From: Lingula anatina
Lineage: Eukaryota > Animalia > Brachiopoda
NCBI GenBank assembly: GCA_051362555.1
Contig: CM120643.1
Location: 19,720,848-19,784,847, forward strand
DNA: 64,000 nt
Direction of reading: 5' to 3'
Shown here: one piece after another, positions 35,945 through 49,075 of the stretch
How the letters are laid out: every line of letters starts with the position of its first letter
Position numbering within the stretch: the first letter of the stretch is position 1
Position numbers and translations under genes: made by a program
The notes under the pieces: model-generated
What the model was told of the DNA's origin: nothing
Seen by the model: the letters and a program-made list of their open reading frames with translations, nothing else
The model's database searches: none

Positions 35945-37420
35945 AAAGATAATTTTTGAAACAAGTATTCACCTAACTACCGGTAGGATTTGGACTCCCA
36001 TAGCCTATCATAGGAGTGATTGGGTGGAAAAATACACATTTTTAATTTACTTATTTTCTCTCATGAAAAATTTCAAAAAGTGCCAATGTATCCTCCATTA
36101 TGCATACTCCAAGATAAAAGTTATATACTCAAGTAAAATAAGATATATAAAATTTATTTAGGGGAGTCAAAATTTCATGTGGGGAGTCAGATTTTCATTA
36201 TGAAATTTAGACCTGGAGAGTCAGATTTTCATGTACCGGCACTTATGAAAATCACTCAAAATCACCAAGAAACGACCCGTCTCCAATTTTTTTCAAACGT
36301 GATGAAAATCAATCTACCACACCTGTCATTCATAAAAAAATGTGTAAACGTGCACGGATCACTTCATTAAATGCCCCCAATTCCAGCTTTAAAGATCAGC
36401 TAAACATAACCCCGTAAAACATTTTCAAAATGTGACGAAAATTAATCCACAACACCTGTCATTCATAACAAAAGTGGAAACGCGCCCGGATCACTTCATT
36501 AAAGCCCCCAATTTCAGCTTTAAAGATTGTCAGAAAGCACACTTGAGAACAGGATTAGGAGAGAAGGGGGTTGGAGAGAGTTTTTGCTCTATTTCTTCCT
36601 TAATAATGACACAACCACTCTTCCAGTACTTTACCCTCACTACAAATGACCAAACACACCTACCGGTCACTATATTTTTTTTGGCCACCTACCTGGCCAA
36701 AATTGAAGAAAACTGACAGTGCAGGTGTACCATGAAAACCTGACTTCCCCAAAATGTGACTCCCCAGTCAGATTTTCATTATGAAAATGTGACTCCCCAG
36801 TCAAATTTTCATAATGAAAATGTGACTCCCCCCATGAAATTTTGACTCCCCCCAAAAAACTTTATAAATCTTATTTTATTTGAATACATGACTTTTATAT
36901 TGTGGTATGCATAATGGATACGTTTGCACTTTTTGTTAGTTTGCAGGTGGACATTTTAATGAGAAAATAAGAAAATTAAAAATGTGTATTTTATCACCCA
37001 GTGACTCCCCTATGAAAAAAGCTTTTTATTTGATATTTACACGGTGATCATTTCAACATTTGTCCCTTTAGTATTCTTTATGAAGAATGTATTGGAAATG
37101 TTTGAAGTTTGGTGGTAAAATATTGGGTGCAAAAAATGAAAAAAATAATCATGAAAAATCTTTATATTCATACCCATGGGATTTTGGACTCTCATGAAGA
37201 AAAGGCACTATTTTATATCAAGTCACCATACCATTGTTATTCACATGGTTTGCATTGTGACATATATTTTGTTTGTATTTAAAAATTTGGTGGTGAAAAT
37301 TTTGGTAAAACTGGATAATTTTTGAAACAAGTATTCATCTTACTAACTGTAGCCTTTTTATAGGAGTCATTGGGTGAAAAAAAATATTTTAATTTTCTTA
37401 TTTCCTCATGAAAATTTTCA
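35945..37420. repeat. Foldback-like element with long inverted arms upstream of MED27
   Basis: ~36010-36240 (GGGGAGTCAGATTTTCAT subrepeats) is inverted at ~36725-37015 (ATGAAAATGTGACTCCCC). The spacer has an internal direct duplication (36290-36400 vs 36420-36530), and 37310-37420 is a further direct copy. Confidence 0.7.
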
Positions 37421-37739
37421 ATGTAAGTGGCTTAGATGTCTGTCACACTTACTGAAGTTGGCGTGTCAGAATCCTAAGCCACTTAAGCTGAAAGCAATTT
37501 AGTGAGAAACCCCTTGGAGGTGGATCGATCCTGTTAGATTGATCTATGTATGGGAACTCAGTCTAATGCTTGTTAGATATTTGACTTTCATCCTAATTAA
37601 CTGTTGGATTAAAATTTGATGTTGGCTATGCAGTTAAGCATAATGCATTATTGCATCAGTATTGACAGCATCCTATTTTGTGCAGTTTTAATTTTCTGCT
37701 TTTTATCTGTACATGTGACAGCTTTGCTGCCTTGTTTCT

Positions 37740-38940
37740 AGTAAGTTCAAGCTGTGACCAAGCAGGATGAAAGCATGTATGGGGCCATGAGGTTTTAAAG
37801 ACTGAACCTTCATTAAAAAAAATCCAGGCACTAAGCAGGTGAGATTATTAATTAATAAAATTATTTCAAGAGTTGTAGAATGAAAGGCACTGAATATGCT
37901 TCCTACTTGTAGATAGTTTTATATGACCAGGGCTGTGCCAGTTCTATTAAATCAGCACTTCCTTTGTATACTTCTAAATCATGAAGATCTTGCTAGTATA
38001 TTTACCACTTTGTAATAGGGTACATGTCAAGTATTCTTTTGTTACAATTGTTGATGATAACATCCTCTGTAATTAGAACCGACTAGATGCACACCTTATT
38101 ATGGTTGCAATTTCTATATGGGCAATTCTTGCTATTGTCTAAAACACTCTACCTGTGATTTAATTGTCTGACTGTTTTTATACCTGTAAAATTTACCTTA
38201 TGGGTAAAATGGCATGTCCAAACAGGGGACATTATGAGCTATCTGAAACATAGACTATGATACTTGTAGAAAAAATGTCTTGTTAAATTTTTGAATGATC
38301 ACAGTGGGGAAATGTACAGTTAATATTTTTAACCTTTTCAGGTCTGTTGTGCCCAATAAACATGGCCTTTCTACTGCTTAAGTACCATTATAGAAAATCC
38401 AAGGTGAGGTTTTAATAAATTTATTTTAAATGAAAGGCATTTATACTTCCCAGTTGAAGATATATTGACATTAGCATGGATGTGCCAGATCTATTAATTT
38501 TCATGTTATTTTACTCTTTATCTTTCAGGCAGATGAAATGCCAGTAAATGCCATACTTTCCAATGTGACTGTTCATGGAGAGATTGTAGTATGTAAACAT
38601 ATCCAGGATCATCAGTGAACCTGCTTCTGTCACATCTATACACAGGTTGCCTTCTTCTTCTCCAGGCAGACAGAGTTTACTGTTATCACAAAGAGATATG
38701 GCATAGAATTTTAAATAGAAATATACTAATTAAATCCATCCATTGCAAATTAGACTGCTGTCTGACATCAAATCCTTACATGTATTATACAGTTGTAATC
38801 TCCATCAAAATCCTATAATACTGCTACTTGTACTAGCAAATGAATGAGGTACAGGATTCAAATAATATCTATAATACAAAAAAAGGTATACACTTAACAT
38901 GTTTTACCCTCTTTAAATAAAGTTTATTTTCATTTATTAT
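37740..38940 (+). ncRNA. Putative spliced long non-coding RNA
   Basis: Strong + strand splice signals: donor CAG|GTGAGA at 37839, exon 38342-38403 (ttttcag|...AAG|gtgagg), acceptor tctttcag| at 38528, AATAAA at 38916-38921. No convincing ORF. The 5' boundary is uncertain. Confidence 0.4.
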
Positions 38941-39357
38941 TATTATTATAAATATTCTTTTTTTCTGCAGTAGGTTAACCAACATCAATGGCTTTTTTTT
39001 AAATCATGCACTACACTTCTCTGTTAAACACCTAACACAGTTGTGCTTCAAAGGACTCTACTCCAAGTTTTCACACTGAGAGTTCCTTTTATGACCTTCA
39101 CAAAAATTCCTCACTTTCTGATCATTTTAGGCAAAATCCATGGTGTAACGTACCAGAACACGATAGATATGATCCTAAATGTTCAGTAATAATAACAGAA
39201 AGCACTAATAAACTCTTCTCTTGCAGTTTTTTGATAAAATTCCTCCATCTGAAAATTTTCACAAAATTCAGCAACTTCAAAAAATTTTCTTCTCTGAGTA
39301 AGAGTGAGGAAATCTATACCAAAGGAGAAGAAAAAAAAAATCCAATCCCTTATAATG

Positions 39358-42300
39358 TTACAGCACAGACTTGTACTTGCAGGCAAACATCAGCCATGTT
39401 GCACAGGCTGACTCCGGGTAGGGAAAAACCCGCACGCGCACTGCCAGACGAACATGGTCTCCACGACACTGAATGATATCTTCACAAACTGGAGATCTGA
39501 AAAGTAAAATGAAGATAATTTCTGAAAAGATTTTTGCATCAAATACAAATTTGATAATTTCAAAAAGAAAAAGAAAAACTAGGTTATAAAACATTTTTGT
39601 ATTGCTGACTTTGTCCACTAAACATTGTCTTCCTAATATTTAATCACTCTGATCAAAGCATTGCATGTATTTTTCAAACTACACAAGTAAGTTCAATGTA
39701 AGTGCAAGCATGTTTGCAAAGACAACAACTAAGCCAGTTTCAAAATCAACTACAAACCATGATCAATTTAAAATTGCGAACCTTAAACAAGCAGCAAAGG
39801 CTCTCTTGGCGTTCCTGTGTATAAACTGTACTGGGTATCCTTTGAAAGTATGGCCATCAGGAACAGCCCGCCTCACTGCGTCCTGGAAGTCCTCATTGCC
39901 TGCTGGGACTCCTGGATGTGGAAATGTAAAGTTTTTTAATACTGCAACATTTATATAAACCGAGGGTTTTTCCCAGCAAACTGTCCAGCCATCATTAGGA
40001 CAGTCGCCATCATCACCAGACAGCCTTTATTTTCAAAGATGGCTGGATAGCTTATATTTTTTGGAATTATGACAGCTTTAGGCTTATTTGGACTCCCTGA
40101 AACTTTGTATGAAATTACAGGTGGTAATTTTGGATGGCCTGTACCCACAATCCTGGGAGGCGCCTTGATATAAAGATACTCCAAGGGTGCATTCCCAGAG
40201 ATTTAGATCGATCTAGAAATTTAGATTTAAATTGACCCAACTCCCTGGGGATTCACGCTGAATTGCAGTCAGCCGAGCGTGCACCATAGTTAATTACCCC
40301 CTAAAAGCTTTTAGTAGGCAGGAAAGACGCTTAAGCCAGCTAAGCTGACAGTAATCTAGTGAGACTCACTACAGGGAAAGATTGATCTAAAAACTATGGG
40401 AATGGGGTCCAAGAAGGCCAATAAGCACTGGTATCAATATCATACAATAAGAACTTCGAATTCTCTTCCATCCCTTGTTGAAGGTCTATATGAACCAAGC
40501 TTGAGTGGAGTGTGGATTCCTAGTAATACATTTAAGCTACTTCTACTATTTTCTTATAAGACTGAAATAAAGTCAAGGGATAAACTGAATATATCACTCA
40601 ATCAACCATAAAAGAGCTGCTCATTTCTTTAAATTTTTGGTCATAAATTTGACCTACTTATCTGACCTACAGTGTACTTATCTTCCTTTCTAAGTCAGAC
40701 CACCTGGCTGTTTTGAACATCTAATCAAAGATTCAAGTTATGATCTTAATGTCAAGTCACACATTTCAATTTACATATCTATTAATATTACTGAAGCTGA
40801 TAACCTATGCAGCTTTTTAGACACCAATTGTGTTCAAAAGTACATGACTCAGAAAGCAAGAAAAAGTAACACAGTACACCCATCTTAATTCTATGACCAA
40901 ATAAATAAAACAGTTTTCATGTTTTAAGTTTACATTTTGATTGACTTGAATACTGCTTTTTTTCCCCTTTTGACAAAAATGTAGTATGTTAATTATGAAT
41001 TATACATTGGTACATTTTGTTTCTATATAGAAACCCACTTCAAATATTTCACTAGTTGTTGCAGGAATCGCTTTTAATGCTTCAAGTGCATTTCCTCTGT
41101 TTCTCTTGAATAAACTTTGTTTAAAAAAAGTTCAAATATAGTTATATTGTATTTATTTATTAAGGTGACATGTGACATAGATATAGAAATCATCTGGTAT
41201 CGTGGGCCTACAAGTCACCAATCTTTGAACATATATTAGAAACAAAACAAAAATAAACTATGATTAAGGTTGAAAGTTATATTAAGCAAACACTATAATT
41301 TATGGTACACTCAACTCTTGAGTCCTGAATAGAGCTGACTGCCTTTAACTAAATATTACTATCCAGATCATTTTACCTGTCAGTCGTTCAGTTTCATAGG
41401 CAGCCAGTGCTGGTGTAAGGAGATAGCTCATCTGGTCGTCCCAGGACGTGTTAAGTCCTTGTTCCTACATACAACAATAGATGATAGTTAACATAATATA
41501 TAAAACTCAGTTCTGTATGAGAGTATTTAATTGGGCCTGGCTTTCGGGGGAAAAAAAGACAGCAATTCCTATAAATACTATAAATATAACATGCAGTTCT
41601 ATCTGTCGTAATTCAATAAAGCCTTACTCCTCAATGTCAAAAGAGTGTTTAAATCAGTTTAACATGCAGTTCTATCTTAAGTATTACTAGTACACAAATA
41701 AAATTCCAAATATTTTGAAATGCAATTCAAAGAAGTAAGCTTAAGATTTACTCAGGTATTTTGTGTCAAAGTAACAACTCTAGTCGATAATAAATAATTG
41801 TGGTAAAAGTGCATGAGAAACCAGTACTGTGTGGAGTATAAATTGAAGACAAACCATATTGAAATGGAATGATTAGGCCTCAGGAATTCCAAAATGAAAC
41901 ATTTTGCTACCCTAACAGTTATGAATCATCTTATAATTCATTCCTTCAAAAATCATCTTAAAATTCATTTTCTTAAAGAAATAACAACTTTTGATTTTGG
42001 TAGATAATTGGATTTTCCTGGGGAAAATGTCAATTTTCCCATACTTACCAATAGTTAATGAATCTATTCCGAAAATCCAAGTTTTTTTTTCTTAAAAGTT
42101 TGGTTCTATGTAATAATCTCTTAAGAGCAATCTGTGGAGGCACAGTGGTCTGTTGGCAAATACAGATTTCAGAATACTTGTGATAACTGCCTTATTGGTG
42201 GTAAAATAGAATTTATCATATTTCTACATAATATTTATTGTGAAATATGGACCTCATACAAAGAGATTTTATCCTTTAATCTATGTACAAAAAAGAAAAA

Positions 42301-45300
42301 AAAGAATTGCACTGAGAGACATATAAGACATAGAGCGCATTCTGAACAGCAGATTACCAGATCCACAGATCAAATATGGCGACCAACTAAAAAGCTTGCC
42401 CCTTAATATACACTAAATACACTAAATACATTCCCTGCAGAGTTTACACAACAAGCATTCAAGTGGGTTGGTCACATTGATCTGTGTATCTGTTAGTCCG
42501 CTGTTCTGAATGCGCTCATAGATGTAACTGACCCTCCTATGTTCAGTGACCAGTGCCCTGAGTTCCAGTTCCAGGCTGTTGCTGACCATTCCAGGGTCCA
42601 GTGTGGAGGCACACAGGGGCGGCAGACCTGGCCAGGACGGCATGGCGCCCGCGCCACACAGGGACAAGATGGCGTCTTCAGACATGCTCTTCCAGCGAGC
42701 CTCATTTTGGAGATCAAAGTGGCAAGTTTGGACAGAATCATTGGGCTGCAAGTATTGAAAGTACCTCAATTCAATGTATTACTTATTAATATAATTTTAA
42801 TGACTCTCCTCTCTTACTAGTGTACTGTGTAAACAACGTTATTTCTTTCTCTGGTTAGACTGTGGAAGCTTAATTTCTTTAGCTGAGACACACAAAACTG
42901 TGTCAAAATCAAGTAGCAGACGTTAATGAAACAACATGAATAAAAATAATATATAAAAAATATTTTCAAATTGTTACCTGAAGGCAGAAAATTTTACAGG
43001 GGAAATAAAGTTACAAAAGAAACCAAAAGACCAGTATCTGTTTTATTCAATCATTTTCCTGGACCCTATTTCCAAACAATACAGGTCAATCCTGGATATA
43101 AAGCAGAGGGGACGGGAGGGGGGTAAGTGTCCCAATTTGCGCCACCCCCTCCCCCTGAATTCTGCCTTCTGTAATTCTTACCTGGCTATTGGCATAAAAA
43201 CTCTGGTGGTTGAAGACAGCCCCCACTGTTTTATAAGGGTGTTGGACCTTGGGGGCGGTGCCAGGCAGGTCATCTGGGTTGGACGGTCTGTGAATATACC
43301 TAGGAATATATCAACAAAATGTGAGGTATTTGTAGATTCACATCCCCAGGGTTGGTACCTCATGTAATTTTTTTTTTAAGAGAAATATTTTTAATTTTTA
43401 ATTTTTTTTCTGTCTATGCAAAGTCAAAGGACTACAATCCTAGCAGCCTTACAAAATTAGTACGTTTAATTTTTATTAAACATACATCATTGACGAACAG
43501 TTCCAATTTTCTCTCCAGAAAAAGAGAAAATGCAATATAGTTTTTAAAACCAAGATAAGTCAATGCCCTAAACGTCAAACATTTCAATATAACTTTTTCA
43601 TTAATTAGCTGGCATCATCAAAGAATTTTGTAATCAACAGCATGCAGAGGTTAACTGATAGCCCAAAGAGTATTCCTGTGTCAGGGCAGATCCAGAGATA
43701 TTTTCTGCTGGTCTTCCTAATTATCTTTGTTGATCCATCTTCCAATGTTGACCATCTTCTGTCAGTTATTATTATTTATTAATTTTATTTATTAATTTTA
43801 TTTATTTAATTACATTAATTATTTAATTAGATGCCTGTCACTGAAACTTGAAGAATTCTAATTGTCTTCCGTCCACCCCCATGTGCCCTGTGTACATACC
43901 TGTGTCCAGTCAAGCTTTCCCAGAAAGTGACCAGTCCATCTGTGTTAATGGTGACCACCCAGGCATGTGCTGCCCCCTTGGACTTGGTCCCCACACAGAC
44001 ATAGGAGTCCAGGCCAAAGCCCATTAATAAGCTGCATAATAATACTGCATGGTCTTCACTGTCCTGAAATCATACGTACAGTACATATAAAAAACCTTTT
44101 TTAAGGTGTCTTGATATTTCAAATACTGTCACAGAAATTGTCAAAGAGTTCAAAATATTTTCAGAAAATTCAAAATACATATGAAAGAAGCAATACAAGA
44201 GATCATCATTGTGCTATGATATACCCATTCAGAGTAGCTAGCAAATATGTCCCATTGGCAGAATATTAAAAGAAAAAAAAAAAAAACATATGAGTGAGCT
44301 GAGAGAATAAGTGACAATAAGCCTTCAAAGAGGTTGAAAAGGTGCCTTACAACTCACCAATAATTCTATCTCAAGGAAAACCAAAAGAATACTGAGTAGC
44401 TTAATGTGTCCTAACATTTTGTCTCTTAGACCCTGTTCCCACAGATTTTAGATCGATCTATCCCTGTGGGGAGTCTCACTAGATTACTGTCAGCTTAGCC
44501 GGCTTAAGCATCTGTCCCGCCTACTAAAAGCTGTAAGGGGGTAATTAACTACCATCTGCGCTCGGCTGACTGCAATTTAGCATGAACCCCAGGGAGTTAG
44601 GTCGATCCAGATGGATCGATCTAAATATCTGGGAATGCACTCTAACACAGGTTCACACAGTATTCTCAAAACAATATGCACACAGGGTAACTAATATCTT
44701 GGCTTTCTTCTTCCCTAATGTAACCATAAAATATTTAAAAGGCACATTGGTTTCAGGAAAAGCCAGATATGTAATTACTCTGTGAATGCATCATTTTGAG
44801 TGTATTTCTTGTCTATACAAATGAAAAAAGGCAAAATGTCAAGACTCACTTACTAGTACCTACACAATCTTCTTCCCCTTCAGGCGTTCAACCCCTTGTA
44901 TCAGTATATGTGGTATACACTCGAATCAGTATATGTGGTATAGTCTCGTATCAGTATATGTGGTATAGTCTCGTATCAGTATATGTGGTATACACTTACA
45001 AGTATCAGTATATGTGGTATACACTCGAATCAGTATATGTAGTATACATTTGAATTAGTACATGTGGTATACACTTGTATCGGTATATGTGGTAGACACT
45101 TACAAGTATGGTTATGTGTGGTATATACTTGTATCAGTATATGTGGTATACACTTGTATTGTTATGTGTGGTACACACTTGTATCAGTATATGTGGTATA
45201 CACTTGTATCGGTATACGGGGTATACACTTACCCCTTTGTTTCTACACAGAAAAGTGTGCATATTAGCCCACTGCTCTGCCCTTTCTCCTCCACCCAACA

Positions 45301-46587
45301 CAGGGACTTTCTCATAACCAATTAAGCTAACAAAACGGCTGGCTTCTCTGGGTGTGTCCAGTAGACGTCCGGCTCGCAGAGGACGGACAAAGGAACAGAC
45401 TGGCTTGTTCACACAATTCTCGTCCTGAACAATGATCAAATAAAGTTCACAATTTCTGACATTTCCTCTATTGCGTACAAAGATTTGCCTAATTCTGTTT
45501 CTGTGCATCAAATACCCATTTGTTACCATAAGACAAATATACTGAAAATGTGTACAAAAGACAGACTATATTGAAAAGCATTTGTTATACGCATTTCCAC
45601 CATACCCGTGAACAAAACTGAAACCCAAAGGACAACAACAGAAACTAACTTAAAACAATACAAAAGAAATAACTTCATAAAACTATCGTAAAAACACTTT
45701 CCCCAGAAACCACCAAACAAAATTGCTACCTACAGGGCGACTACAAAAACAAAGGATAAACATAAGTTACTTAATATCCTAATCTTATTTAACTGTCTCA
45801 TTTTCTTTTCTCCTTTATCACAATACCTGTGCAAATATCTTGACCATCCTCTGCCCATGTGACTGTCTTATTTGTAGGAACTCTCTCCACCACTGTTTAG
45901 CATACACCAAAAAGAGACGCTCCTTTTCTGCTTGCTTACTCTTTTCTAAACTCAACTGTGCTGAGATGACATCTTCTGCTAAAATGTGTTGTGTCTTTGG
46001 TATCAATTCTATTTGCACATCTAAGATACCTACTGGTACTTTATTCTCTGTTCCTGTCCAAAAAAAAAAAAAAAAAAATTGAAATAGTTGTCACTCTATA
46101 TCACACATCAGTATGTTTTCAACCTTAAATCGTATACAGCAGTCAAGGGATCTCTTCTGGGAAAAACCTTCCCAATATTTCTGCTATATATCTGCTTGCT
46201 ACAGATGTGATTGAGGTGAGTTTTCATATTAAACAGACACTAAGCATTCTATGCAAACTTTAAGAGACCATCCTTGTGGAATAACAGATAAGTATATATT
46301 AATGATTATCTTGCAACAAAAAAAGTTACTCCACATATGCAATGCTTTAAATGCTGTCAATTTAGTTCAGTTAGTTCCATAAATCTATTTCATTCATATC
46401 TGTCCTCATCAGGAGTTAAATAACATTTTACACAATGGAAGAACTAAGGACACCAGAGCTGGTTTCTTTAATGATCTAGATGTATTATTTACAAAGACTT
46501 ACAGGGTTGAAAAATGAAATAAAAAAAAAAGAAAAAAGAAAACAGCTGTCCCTCAAATGAAAAATGCATCTCTCCAGTAGCAAAGAA

Positions 46588-46618
<31 letters not shown>

Positions 46619-48960
46619 CTCCATTCTGTTCCTGGCAATATAAGCTCTGACCTACCTACTCCCATGAGTTCTAAGGACATACTAACTCTGCCTGCCTGTG
46701 AGGCTAGTACAGTTCTCCATTCAAGGAAATGGGATGACAGCAGAGTTCTGTCCCCTGAGGAGTCTGTCTTTATAAGGACAAGATGGAGAGGATCACACAT
46801 TGACAGCATGGCTGTAGGGTCTGCCATGCGGGCTGCATCACCTGAAAAATAGAGACATTTCTCTCATCAATTAAACTTTGGACTGTAAAATAAATCAACA
46901 TCTGTCATGCGGGCTGTGTCACCTGAAAAGAGACATTTTTCTCATCAATTAAACTTTTGACAGTCAAATAAATTATCAGCTTAAAAGTTGCAAGAATATG
47001 AAGAATAACCATCCATTAAAATTGATTTTGAAGACAAAAGTCACAGTTGACATTATATATTTTTAATTTATTTACTTTTCACATTGTGAAAAAATATAGT
47101 GGGTTTACTCAGTTAAATAAAATTTTTCACATAAAAATTAGTGAAAAATTCAAGCCTTTTTTTTTTTACCCCCCCCCCCCCCGACTATCACTTAAATTCA
47201 ATGACAAAAAATTAAAAACTTAAGCTACTCTTTCAACATATTACCTGCATTATCTTTGTGGAGTTCAAGCAAAAAGCCTTCCTTTAAATCTGGTTCACAG
47301 GCACAAGCCACTGGCCTTGAGCTGAACCTTTGACCTCTAAAGTTAAGGTGCAATGTGAAGGTCGCTGAAGCATGACCTTGAACAGGCTGACCTTCATGTA
47401 AGTGCTCCAGAAATGCCTTGCCACCAAGTATTTGGAAATAGATATAGCGCCGAGTAGGATCAACTGGAGCTGAGTACAAAGAGGGAGAAAATGTATCAAT
47501 CAACATGAATATACAAAAAGATAAATTAGAGAATAATAAAACCATGGTAAGTTACATGGAAATCTTAATCTCTCTGTATGTGAACCACGTAGAACAAAAT
47601 CAATTTGAATTATGAAAATTTTACATTTTATAGTACTAGGCCCAGTTTCATCAACACCGGATAGTGCTATCCTCTGGATAACACTATTCATTAGATAAAA
47701 TTGTTATCCTCTGGACAATTATCCTTTGGGTAAAATAATGTTTACCAAATCCTAGATACTTATTTTTGTCTCTGATATTGCCTTCCAGTGGATAAAAATG
47801 GCTGATATCATCAGGATAACTGTCCAGGCGATAAGGATTTTATCTGATGGATATTGTTATCCATAGGATAGCGCTATCCAGTGTTGATGAAACATATATG
47901 ACAAACTTTCTGCAATAAAATTATAAGGAATTATTTTCTAATTTGGGAGTTGACTAATGCTCCAAGGGCAGTCTTTGCCAAAAGAACTTACTAGTACTCA
48001 ATCACCTTGCTAAAAAATAACAGAGAATTTCAAAACTAGCTTTCTGTTAAAAAGGTAAATCATATCACAAGCAAAATTTCAAACATACTTTTCTTAGAAG
48101 CACCGCCCTTCACATTCTCATCCTTCGTTACCAATCTTGCAGCTGGCCTTAGGGGGCTTTGGCGAGATGTTCCGTCGAATGCCAACTGCTGCATAATATC
48201 ATCAACCACCCCCTGCCTACGCAGTGCATCCAAGATTTCATTTTCACCAATCTGGTCTGGGTCATATACTGTTTCTTGGTGGCCAAAATTTTGAGACAAT
48301 ACATCTTTTATTCTGGACTGGATATCATGCTGATATGAAATGAAATAATGATGACTTAAATTGAAATTGTGCAGTGATTTTAATAGAAGTATCATTGGAA
48401 TTCCAACTACTACCTTATGTGTGCCTCACCTACATTGTTCTAAATGGGTCCTAATCACACAAATATCTTTTATACTCATTTTAAACTTGAAGCCTGCCAG
48501 GTATTGTGATATTTTAAAGCAAAAGAAAATGTTACCAAACCTACATTTCTCTTTGTTTTTCAGGAAAAAAGTTTTCAAAAACCCATACATTCCTGATGCC
48601 TATCAAGCTACCAGACCGAAGCTACCACTGTACACTGAATGTTACTATATCAGTAAACTTTGATGAATTTGTAGCCCTACCATATAAACACGAGATGACC
48701 ATGCTATTCCAAATAGAGGAGATCAAACATACACTACTGTTAGTCCACTGAATCAGAAATAGATACATATAACATGTATACTGAGAATAAACTAGACTGT
48801 ACCAATATGCAAAGCTTAGACAAATTAATCAGAAACCAACTTGCGGCGGGGTGGCACAAAATTGTAAATAAAAAATCAAACATATTTTCTTAGTTACCTG
48901 TGAAAGATGATTATGAATTATTTGCTTCAGTTCTCCTATCTTTTCTGGTGGTAAGCTCAT
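39358..48960 (-). CDS. CEP76: Centrosomal protein of 76 kDa, complete spliced CDS (12 exons, 661 aa)
   Basis: Minus-strand exons: 48960-48898 (MSLPPEKIGELKQIIHNHLSQ), 48329-48089, 47469-47245, 46841-46656, 46053-45827 (..KERLFLVYAKQWWREFLQIR..), 45424-45233, 44063-43900 (DSEDHAVLLCSLLMGFGLDSYVCVGTK..HAWV), 43299-43182, 42745-42533, 41464-41377, 39911-39782, 39496-39358 (..RLAVRVRVFPYPESACATWLMFACKYKSVL*). They sum to 1986 nt and phases are consistent. Confidence 0.97.
40185..40409 (+). mobile_element. MITE family 1 copy in a CEP76 intron
   Basis: Same internal sequence as the other copies, flanked by a CAA...CAA 3-bp duplication. Confidence 0.9.
44429..44642 (-). mobile_element. MITE family 1 copy in a CEP76 intron (reverse)
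   Basis: Same internal sequence as the other copies, flanked by TTA / TAA. Confidence 0.88.
44895..45232. repeat. ~25-bp minisatellite abutting the CEP76 exon 6 donor
   Basis: Unit GTATCAGTATATGTGGTATACACTT, ~13 copies. Confidence 0.92.
47637..47893. mobile_element. Palindromic MITE with GGATA/TATCC subrepeats in CEP76 intron 2
   Basis: GTTTCATCAACACCGGATAGTGCTATCC ... GGATAGCGCTATCCAGTGTTGATGAAAC; the inverted symmetry extends inward. Confidence 0.8.
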
Positions 48961-49029
48961 TTTATATTAATCATGCCATAACAGTTGAAGTACAAACACC
49001 TTTCAATTTTCATAAGTTTCGAAACTATC

Positions 49030-49075
49030 CCCAGTTCGAATATGGCGGATATATTTAACCACTATGTGGCGCTTC
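49030..49075. promoter_or_regulatory. Probable CEP76 core promoter region
   Basis: Lies ~70-115 nt upstream of the CEP76 ATG. Contains YY1-like AATATGGCGG (~49039-49048) and CTCF-like CCACTATGTGGCGC (49059-49072), with local CpG enrichment. Confidence 0.45.

Noticed and set aside
43880-43899. Intron 7 start (GTATGTACACAG, RYVHR) mimics exon 8 start (RYIHR), suggesting intron gain by duplication
   Set aside because: Only ~12 nt of similarity, partly forced by the donor consensus, and the intron position appears shared with vertebrates.
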